From Marine Group I thaumarchaeote (GTDB taxonomy: Archaea; Thermoproteota; Nitrososphaeria; Nitrososphaerales; Nitrosopumilaceae): a stretch of DNA of 12,152 nucleotides. A program made the translations under genes and the position numbers. Numbering within the stretch: the stretch's first letter is position 1; each line of letters opens with the position of its first letter. This document shows, one piece after another, positions 6,463 through 12,152 of this stretch. The stretch spans positions 745,399 to 757,550 of the forward strand of contig CP054849.1 of assembly GCA_044358425.1 (NCBI GenBank), given 5' to 3'. The notes under the pieces are model-generated. The model saw only the letters and a list, made by a program, of their open reading frames with translations. It did no database searches and was not told the origin of the DNA.

Positions 6463-6732
6463 ATGAAGAATTTAACAGATAATAGAATTAGGAAAATAAT
6501 TTTAACAGAGTTTTATAAAAGATCCCAATCAAAATCAGATAATCCTAAACTTCACATGTACAATTTTCCAGAATTAAAAGAAACAGATAATGAAAGAATT
6601 TTTGAAAATGTCAAATTTTTGATTAATAAAAATTTGGTTAGAGGAGGAATTGATCAAGATGAAAAGCAATCTTTTCCATGGATTAGCAGATTGACGCCAT
6701 TAGGAACAAAATTGATAGAAGATAAAAAATAA
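6463..6732 (+). CDS. DUF2513-like winged-helix protein, putative
   Basis: 89 aa. RIRKIILTEFYK ... IFENVKFLINKNLVRGG ... ISRLTPLGTKLIED mirrors the DUF2513 pattern as I recall it (dLIrkILlaiE ... yHlklLidaGLieG ... rLTwaGHdFLd), a family common in phage and MGE contexts. Confidence 0.45.
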   Translation: MKNLTDNRIRKIILTEFYKRSQSKSDNPKLHMYNFPELKETDNERIFENVKFLINKNLVRGGIDQDEKQSFPWISRLTPLGTKLIEDKK

Positions 6733-6795
6733 TGAATAAACTAGTTCAAAAATAAAATGATCAAGTACTTATTTCTAAAAACATAACAATAATCA

Positions 6796-7032
6796 ATGGA
6801 TGAAAAAAAAGAGGATAAATCAGAAGAATCAAAACAAAATCACAGAATTTACTACAAATCATTGACAAAAATTATTGCAGATATGGAACAGGAAATAAAC
6901 AGTGATGGGGAACCTGCAGTTAAAGAGCATCTTAAAAGTAGAATTGATGCAATTGAAAAAGACAGAAAGAGGATTAGAGAGTTATTTCCAGATATGACAA
7001 AGGAAGAATGGGATAATGACAACACCAACTGA
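6796..7032 (+). CDS. hypothetical coiled-coil protein (78 aa)
   Basis: K/E/D-rich helical ORF with a TATA-like cttatttctaaaaa about 22 nt upstream. Overlaps the next ORF by 17 nt. Confidence 0.45.
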   Translation: MDEKKEDKSEESKQNHRIYYKSLTKIIADMEQEINSDGEPAVKEHLKSRIDAIEKDRKRIRELFPDMTKEEWDNDNTN

Positions 7033-7222
7033 AAAAAATCACAATAAACATCTAGATTTACTACATGATTACAAAATACATCTAATAAAACAGGTTCAAG
7101 AATTAGAAAAAATGGATAAAAAATCAGAGTTTTTAAAAAAATGGAATGAAACCACCATAAAAGATAGAAAAAAAGAGATTCAAGTAATTGATAAAATTTT
7201 AAAAAATATGATTAGATTTTAA
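7016..7222 (+). CDS. hypothetical coiled-coil protein (68 aa)
   Basis: The ATG lies inside the last 17 nt of the upstream ORF. Shares a KDRK(R/K)-I motif with it (EKDRKRIRELF versus IKDRKKEIQVI). Confidence 0.4.
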   Translation: MTTPTEKNHNKHLDLLHDYKIHLIKQVQELEKMDKKSEFLKKWNETTIKDRKKEIQVIDKILKNMIRF

Positions 7223-7572
7223 TCATGATATTTTTGTGTTAAATCATAAATAGAATTACAAATAATATCCATATGTTCAATTGAAACACCATCAATCCAA
7301 ATTACTTCTTCATCGATACTAAAGTCATATAATACATTTTTAAAATTTGAATTTACAAATATTTTTTCATCATGGATTAATTTCATTATTTCATTTAATT
7401 CAAGTTTTGAAAAAACATAATTGCATGTCATCAAATCGACATTTACAGAATAATTTCCATGTAATGGATTAATTTTAGATTTAATGAAAGGTTTGTTTTG
7501 TTGTTGACATTCTCTGTAATGTTTATCATATTCAAACATTTTAGAGTCTGCAAGATATTTATGAAAAGTCAT
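7219..7572 (-). CDS. hypothetical protein (117 aa)
   Basis: ATG ORF 31 nt downstream of the Roadblock-like gene on the same strand. No motif recognised; no P-loop. Confidence 0.5.
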   Translation of the reverse strand: MTFHKYLADSKMFEYDKHYRECQQQNKPFIKSKINPLHGNYSVNVDLMTCNYVFSKLELNEIMKLIHDEKIFVNSNFKNVLYDFSIDEEVIWIDGVSIEHMDIICNSIYDLTQKYHD

Positions 7573-7603
7573 GACTTCTAAAAATTTTAATTAGAATTAA
7601 GAA

Positions 7604-7984
7604 TTAGATGTCTGAAGTAATTTTTTTAATTTTAGTAATTAATTTTATTTTTGTACTCATTGGGGTTTCAGGCTCCATTGTGAAAAATACAATATTTCGT
7701 TTTGTGTAAATAACAAGTTGTGAAACTTTTTCTCTTTCTACGTGAATGTATCTAACTTTGCCTAAAGAACGATCAAATTCTTTTCTCATGGTACGTCTTT
7801 GTGCCACTTGTTGACAAAAATGCTCTTCTTCTTTTTGAGAATTTAGACTGGTTTGACCTTTTTTCATTATACCCTCTCGAATATTGCCTTTAGAATCAAT
7901 TATTGCGGCAAATCTCATTTTTGAGTTTAAACTAACAATTTCTTCAACAAGTTCAAGAAGATCAATTTTCTTTTTTATGGCCAC
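7604..7984 (-). CDS. Roadblock/LC7 (MglB-like) fold protein, putative
   Basis: 126 aa. MRFAAIIDSKGNIREGIMKKG ... KVRYIHVEREKVSQLVIYTKRNIVFFTMEP follows the Roadblock alpha-beta pattern (xxaalvdxdGxvlag ... l.ieye.g.lvv..l.....L.vv...). The start codon is GTG (7984-7982), supported by the TATA-like element 25 nt upstream. Confidence 0.5.
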   Translation of the reverse strand: MAIKKKIDLLELVEEIVSLNSKMRFAAIIDSKGNIREGIMKKGQTSLNSQKEEEHFCQQVAQRRTMRKEFDRSLGKVRYIHVEREKVSQLVIYTKRNIVFFTMEPETPMSTKIKLITKIKKITSDI

Positions 7985-8004
7985 AATTCAGCATAGAATT
8001 TGTC

Positions 8005-8013
8005 AAATATAAG
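8005..8013 (-). promoter_or_regulatory. TATA-box-like element (cttatattt in minus sense)
   Basis: Its centre is about 25 nt upstream of the GTG start at 7984. Confidence 0.35.
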
Positions 8014-8061
8014 CCCTTAAAATTAAAAACAGTGCATAGCAAATGGGTATTTATTAATTGT

Positions 8062-8076
8062 AAATTTAATTAAAAA
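8062..8076 (+). promoter_or_regulatory. TATA-box-like element (aaatttaattaaaaa)
   Basis: It lies only 3 nt before the GTG of the tracked ORF (8079) but about 32 nt before the in-frame ATG at 8100, which favours the ATG as the true start. Confidence 0.4.
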
Positions 8077-8099
8077 TTGTGAGAACAGGGACACCATGG

Positions 8100-8303
8100 A
8101 TGATAATAGGTGGAAGCATGTTCATTTTAGGATTAATTTTATTTTATTCAATTAATTCTGAAGATAATGTAAATTTAGAAACCATAAAAAATATTGGGAC
8201 ATTTGTAGGCCTAACAGGTATTGGAGTAGCAGTTGCAGGAATTTTACTATTTTTAATTAACAGAAATCCTCAACCAATTAATGAAAATTACGATACAAAA
8301 TAA
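8100..8303 (+). CDS. small two-TM membrane protein (67 aa from ATG 8100)
   Basis: Two hydrophobic spans (MIIGGSMFILGLILFYSI; FVGLTGIGVAVAGILLFLI). Start moved from GTG 8079 to ATG 8100 because of the TATA position. Confidence 0.55.
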   Translation: MIIGGSMFILGLILFYSINSEDNVNLETIKNIGTFVGLTGIGVAVAGILLFLINRNPQPINENYDTK

Positions 8304-8383
8304 TTTCTACACATTACTAATTTTAAAAGAAAATACCATTGTAAAAAATAAACTATAATAGTACAAAAAAAAGAATCTGGTAA

Positions 8384-8806
8384 ATGTCTGAAAAAATATG
8401 GTTAGGAGGAATTTATCTTAAAGAAGAAGGTGGATATAAAATAATTTTAAAATCGTTAACTCATTATAAGAAAAGATTACAAACAATCCACTCCAGTCCA
8501 GAAGTAAAACAAGCAGCAGCAATGTTTGCTCCAGTATTACAATCACAAGCTAAAAAAAGAATTCCAATGATAGAAAGCACGAAAGAAAATATTGAAAAAT
8601 TTTTACTTGGTTCAAAAGCAACAGAAGAATTAGAACAAAATCTAGAGATTATACAAAAAGCATTAGAATGTAGAAAATCGGATATCGAAAAGGCAGAAAG
8701 TACATCTGAGGACTATTTTATAAAATTGATAAAGGATGTTGAAGAATCTAAAAAAGATTTACCAGACATAGAGAATGCATTGTTAAAAATTAAGTCATAT
8801 AGTTAA
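8384..8806 (+). CDS. hypothetical helical protein (140 aa)
   Basis: ATG ORF with an A/T-rich TATA-like stretch about 30 nt upstream. No motif recognised. Confidence 0.55.
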   Translation: MSEKIWLGGIYLKEEGGYKIILKSLTHYKKRLQTIHSSPEVKQAAAMFAPVLQSQAKKRIPMIESTKENIEKFLLGSKATEELEQNLEIIQKALECRKSDIEKAESTSEDYFIKLIKDVEESKKDLPDIENALLKIKSYS

Positions 8807-8811
8807 TAATT

Positions 8812-9042
8812 TTACAAGCCTTGCAAATACCAATCATAGTAAGGTAAAAGCAATTTACATTGTTTTTTCTTTTCGGATTCAGATGAAAGTTCAACAATTT
8901 TTTTGATCTTGCCTTTAAGGTATTCAACAGTCAAATCACTCTTGAATTCAAGCATAATTTGTTCCAAAATTTCTAAAAATTCATCAGATGAAGTGCCTTC
9001 AAAATCATTTACAATATTTCGTACTTTAATCTCTAAGGACAT
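8812..9042 (-). CDS. hypothetical acidic helical protein (76 aa)
   Basis: Third gene in a same-strand run (9919>9344, 9297>9058, 9042>8812) with gaps of 46 and 15 nt. The overlapping + strand ORF 8903..9163 is Ser-rich with shadow-like composition. Confidence 0.45.
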   Translation of the reverse strand: MSLEIKVRNIVNDFEGTSSDEFLEILEQIMLEFKSDLTVEYLKGKIKKIVELSSESEKKKQCKLLLPYYDWYLQGL

Positions 9043-9057
9043 ATCAATTCATTATTT

Positions 9058-9297
9058 TTATTTAGATAATTTAAACAAATCTTCATCATCCCAAGTTAAT
9101 CTAAATTTTCCAGTTACTCGAAACATATTGATTTTACCCCCATCCTTAAAAATTAGTTTATAGCTTTTATGAGATGTATCTTCAATCTCTAATGAAACAT
9201 TATCTTTCTTTGTTTGAAAAACTATAGGATTATTAGAAATTTGATTCCAGTCCTCATCATCAAAATCCATATAGAATTTTGTATATAGTAATCCCAT
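9058..9297 (-). CDS. hypothetical protein (79 aa) with acidic-Trp motifs at both ends
   Basis: DFDDEDW (9247-9267) and WDDEDLF (9073-9093) flank a beta-looking core (YKLIFKDGGKINMFRVTGKFRLTW). Confidence 0.5.
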   Translation of the reverse strand: MGLLYTKFYMDFDDEDWNQISNNPIVFQTKKDNVSLEIEDTSHKSYKLIFKDGGKINMFRVTGKFRLTWDDEDLFKLSK

Positions 9298-9343
9298 GAA
9301 ATAGGTTAGAAACTACCTGAATAAAAACTAGATAAAATCAATT

Positions 9344-9919
9344 TTAAGAGTCATATTGTGAAACATTAACCTGATGGTAACTAACAATTGTTGGAAAGAT
9401 TTGCTCGTAATCAACATCATTTTTAATAATTTTAAAAAGTTGTGAAATTAATTGTTGGATCATCAAGTGTTCATCACGATACAATGTCTTTTTGGGATTT
9501 TTGATAGAATCTAGAATTGTAAATCCAGTATCAGTCTGGAGTAAGATTTTCAAAAACATAGTCCCAATGAGAATTTTTTCATCAATATCCTTGTGCGGAA
9601 ATGACACATCCAAATTTTTTATTTTCAATTTGATATCATGAAATGCTTTGTTTGTATTTTGTTCCAATCGTTGTTGAGATTTTTCCTTATAATTTGGTGT
9701 AGGAACGTAAAATTTCATATTTCCTTTCTTTTTCACAAATATGATTTCTTTTTCAATTAATGAATTGCGTGCATTTTCAAAAGTATTTTTGGCCATATAT
9801 TGAGGGACAATGAGTTTTATCAATCCGTTATGATGTAAATCAGGATTATTTTTTATTGATTGTAAAATAATTCTTTCACGCTCATAGATCTTTATGTTAG
9901 GCTTCAATTGACTCATCAT
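9344..9919 (-). CDS. winged-helix DNA-binding protein with C-terminal helical domain (paralog of 5183..5761)
   Basis: 191 aa. The N-terminal ERERIILQSIKNNPDLHHNGLIKLIVPQYMAKNTFENARNSLIEKEIIFVKKKGNMKFY reads as wHTH plus wing. The C-terminal segment FLKILLQTDTGFTILDSIKNPKKTLYRDEHLMIQQLISQLFKII parallels IHAIQSADSIIKLLSYYPTFKKDQMFSQVKRRISDCWERMMNSII of the 192-aa ORF. Confidence 0.65.
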   Translation of the reverse strand: MMSQLKPNIKIYERERIILQSIKNNPDLHHNGLIKLIVPQYMAKNTFENARNSLIEKEIIFVKKKGNMKFYVPTPNYKEKSQQRLEQNTNKAFHDIKLKIKNLDVSFPHKDIDEKILIGTMFLKILLQTDTGFTILDSIKNPKKTLYRDEHLMIQQLISQLFKIIKNDVDYEQIFPTIVSYHQVNVSQYDS

Positions 9920-9922
9920 ATT

Positions 9923-9934
9923 TAGGTCGACCTA
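9923..9934. promoter_or_regulatory. perfect 12-bp palindrome taggtcgaccta, candidate operator
   Basis: Read directly. It is the only GC-containing palindrome in this A/T-rich spacer. It begins 4 nt upstream of the ATG (9919) of the wHTH gene, between A/T-rich TATA-like stretches (9933-9941, about 9961-9980) and the start codon. Confidence 0.3.
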
Positions 9935-9980
9935 TATTAAATGAGTCATCTATTAAGGTTTTTCATTAAAATTTTAAAAA

Positions 9981-10127
9981 TTAACGGAATAATTCTAACT
10001 CTTCTAGAATTTTATTCATATCATGTTTCCAACGTCTCATTTTATCGATATCATGAGGTCGATTATCTTCCAAATCCTTTTTCTTTTTTAGCAATTCATC
10101 ATATCTATGATTATCTACTCGAACCAT
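9981..10127 (-). CDS. possible small protein (48 aa), below the ORF-track length cutoff
   Basis: My own translation: MVRVDNHRYDELLKKKKDLEDNRPHDIDKMRRWKHDMNKILEELELFR. ATG at 10127-10125, 25 nt after the aEF-2 stop, and TAA at 9983-9981. Its charged helical composition is more protein-like than the antisense tracked ORF 9941..10147 (F/Y/H/L-rich). Confidence 0.3.
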   Translation of the reverse strand: MVRVDNHRYDELLKKKKDLEDNRPHDIDKMRRWKHDMNKILEELELFR

Positions 10128-10152
10128 ATAGAGAAATTAAAAACTAATGATA

Positions 10153-12152
10153 TTATTCTTTATCAATAAACTCGTTAACACCTGGTGGCTCAGGGGCTAA
10201 TCCTTTTCTCTTTCGAATATCCTCTACAGCTGTTTTTAGCATGGATTTTGGAACTTCAGTCCATTCTTTAAAAGAAGTATTCCATGTTGCACGTCCTGCA
10301 GTTTGACCTCTCATAGCTTCAGATAAAGTAAAAGTTTCAGAAGCAGGTAATTCACCAATAACAATACTTGATGCACCTTTTTGTTGCATGTCTAAGACTT
10401 TACCACGTTTACCAGAAAGTATAGTTGCAACGTTTCCTACCAAATCAGTCGGTACACGAACTTCAATTGCAAGAGTTGGTTCTAAAACAGCAGTACCTGC
10501 AGTTAACAATGAACCCATACATGCTCTACGTGATGCAGGACCTAGTTGAGATAAACCTCTGTGAGCTGTATCTTCATGAGGTACAAAGTGAGTAAAAATG
10601 AATTTACAATCCCTCATTTGTTCTTTACAAAGTGGGCCTTCTTTCATTACTTCATCAAATCCAGAATTAATTGAGTCAGTAGATTCTTGTACAAATTGAA
10701 CACCTTTTGTTCCATTAATCAAAACATTACCACGAGAATCAAACTTCATAACTCTCTTAATTGTATCAGTATCCCAACCTGCACCTTTCAATAAATCAGC
10801 AACTACTTTCTTATCTTTCATATCACTAATTTCACCAGTTCTTAGCATGTGAGCAATTTCAGGCTCCAATGGTTCAACTTTCATGAAAATTTTATTGTGT
10901 CTATTTGGAGATTTTGCCATGATTGGTTCACAAGCAGCTTTAACAGTTTCTCTATAGTTAATCAAAGGTTCAGATGTAATGATTTCACATTTTGCATCTT
11001 GAATTCTATGTGTTGCAACATCCAAGTGTAATACACCCATTCCAGCAACAATAGTTTCACCACTTTCTTCATCAATTTTTACAATCAAATTTGGATCCTC
11101 AATTGTGAGTTGTCTCAAAATTTCTACAAGTTTAGGTAAATCTTTAGGATGTTTTGGTTCAATTGCAATTTGAACAACAGGTTCTGAAACATATTTCACC
11201 CCTTCAAACATTGGAATATCTTTAACAGATGATAATGTATTACCAGCACGGCATTCAGTTAAACCCAATAAAGCAGGAATATTTCCAGCTCCCAATTCAC
11301 CAACTTGTTCTCTTTGATTACCCATAAAGAAATTAACAGATTGAACTCTACCGTCTCTTTTCTCATCAATAATGTGAAGTGTTTGTCCATCTTTGATAGT
11401 TCCAGAAAATAATCGTCCAATTGCAACAGGACCTGCTGCAGGGTCTAACACCATATTGACAACCATCATAATTGTTGGTCCATCATCTTCACCGGCAAGT
11501 AATGCCTTACCAACATCAGATTCTAAATCACCTTTCCAAATTTGAGGGATTCTATATTTGATAGCGTCTTTTGGTGCAGGATGATGCTTTACAACCATTC
11601 CAAGTACTGCATCTGCCAAAGGTGCTTTTTCTACAAGTTCAGGAAGTTTTTCAGCAGTATAAGCATCAATTACATCTTTGAATGTTATTCCTCTTTCTTT
11701 CATTAAATCAGTGTTAATTGCCCATCTATCTTTAGCAGAGCCAAATGTTACACTTGCATCCTGAATTGATACTTTCCATTTTTCTTTGTATTCAGGTTCA
11801 GCATAAGTATCAACTAATTGATTGAAAGTAGAAACAACTTCTGCAAGTTGGGCTTGCATTTTTTCTGGAGTTAATCTCAATTCTTTGATTAATCTATCCA
11901 CTTTATTGATAAACAAAACAGGTCGGACTCTTTCTTCAAGTGCCATTCTTGTTACAGTTTCAGTTTGAGTCATAATACCTTCAACTGCATCACATACAAC
12001 AACTGCACCATCAATTGCTCTAAGACTTCGAATAACCCTTCCACTGAAATCAACGTGGCCAGGAGTATCAATCATGTTAATGACATAATCATTGTCGTTT
12101 TGAGAATAAAGCAAAGTAACATTAGCTTGGTAAATTGTAATTCCTCTTTCTT
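10153..12152 (-). CDS. fusA: translation elongation factor aEF-2, N-terminus truncated by the window edge
   Basis: The frame stays open to nt 12152 (...ERGITIYQANVTLLYSQ...); the tracked M at 12114 is a TTG inside the gene. G3 DTPG is at 12058-12069 and G4 NKVD at 11896-11907. The diphthamide motif HEDTAHRG has the target His codon at 10561-10563. The C-terminus ...RKRKGLAPEPPGVNEFIDKE looks intact. Confidence 0.97.
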   Translation of the reverse strand, partial: ERGITIYQANVTLLYSQNDNDYVINMIDTPGHVDFSGRVIRSLRAIDGAVVVCDAVEGIMTQTETVTRMALEERVRPVLFINKVDRLIKELRLTPEKMQAQLAEVVSTFNQLVDTYAEPEYKEKWKVSIQDASVTFGSAKDRWAINTDLMKERGITFKDVIDAYTAEKLPELVEKAPLADAVLGMVVKHHPAPKDAIKYRIPQIWKGDLESDVGKALLAGEDDGPTIMMVVNMVLDPAAGPVAIGRLFSGTIKDGQTLHIIDEKRDGRVQSVNFFMGNQREQVGELGAGNIPALLGLTECRAGNTLSSVKDIPMFEGVKYVSEPVVQIAIEPKHPKDLPKLVEILRQLTIEDPNLIVKIDEESGETIVAGMGVLHLDVATHRIQDAKCEIITSEPLINYRETVKAACEPIMAKSPNRHNKIFMKVEPLEPEIAHMLRTGEISDMKDKKVVADLLKGAGWDTDTIKRVMKFDSRGNVLINGTKGVQFVQESTDSINSGFDEVMKEGPLCKEQMRDCKFIFTHFVPHEDTAHRGLSQLGPASRRACMGSLLTAGTAVLEPTLAIEVRVPTDLVGNVATILSGKRGKVLDMQQKGASSIVIGELPASETFTLSEAMRGQTAGRATWNTSFKEWTEVPKSMLKTAVEDIRKRKGLAPEPPGVNEFIDKE

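Noticed and set aside
8079-8099. GTG start for the small membrane protein
   Set aside because: The TATA-like element ends 3 nt before this GTG, leaving no room for initiation. The in-frame ATG at 8100 has the expected spacing.
8903-9163. 86-aa + strand ORF spanning two minus-strand ORFs
   Set aside because: Ser-rich low-complexity translation typical of the antisense of acidic and lysine-rich genes. It bridges the gap between two better-formed minus-strand ORFs.
9941-10147. 68-aa + strand ORF in the aEF-2 / wHTH spacer
   Set aside because: F/Y/H/L-rich implausible composition. The opposite strand encodes a better 48-aa ORF (9981..10127).
4870-10152. Intact casposon or provirus next to aEF-2
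   Set aside because: No ORF is long enough or carries motifs for Cas1, family B polymerase, integrase, capsid or packaging ATPase, and no terminal inverted repeats were found by eye. Only the weaker cryptic or decayed-island hypothesis is kept.
10849-11031. 60-aa antisense ORF inside aEF-2
   Set aside because: It is nested in an unambiguous aEF-2 coding sequence.
1-12152. tRNA, rRNA, CRISPR arrays, tandem repeats
   Set aside because: No GC-rich structured islands of tRNA size exist in any spacer (the longest spacers are 975-1137, 6031-6174 and 9920-10152). No regularly spaced direct repeats were seen on either strand.

Overview
AT-rich archaeal window. The composition, the TATA-to-ATG spacing (about 25 nt, leaderless style) and an archaeal EF-2 fit a Nitrosopumilus-type thaumarchaeon; this taxonomy is inference only. 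There are three blocks. (1) 1-4.9 kb holds housekeeping-like genes: a Zn-ribbon plus wHTH pair, a divergent DUF151/bifunctional-nuclease-fold protein, a small protein with a Cys/His tail, a K+ transporter made of an N-terminal CBS pair fused to a TrkH/KtrB-type membrane domain, and a multi-pass membrane protein with CC and CPTC motifs. (2) About 4.9-10.15 kb is a visibly AT-richer island of about 16 small ORFs (none over 192 aa) with frequent strand switches. It includes two paralogous wHTH+helical proteins facing each other at the island edges, a solitary PIN-like (DUF5615/Mut7-C-like) nuclease domain, a cysteine-less relative of a small zinc-ribbon family, a DUF2513-like wHTH and a Roadblock/LC7-like protein; the rest are orphans. 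(3) 10153-12152 is aEF-2 on the minus strand, with its N-terminus cut by the window edge. I found no rRNA, tRNA, CRISPR array, transposase, integrase, Cas1 or PolB. No canonical multi-gene system is recognisable. The best candidates for something new are the CBS-TrkH fusion with its Cys-motif membrane neighbour, and the orphan-gene island that abuts the 3' end of aEF-2, a junction I recall as a thaumarchaeal casposon target. All family assignments come from motif recognition by eye and need HMM or structure confirmation.
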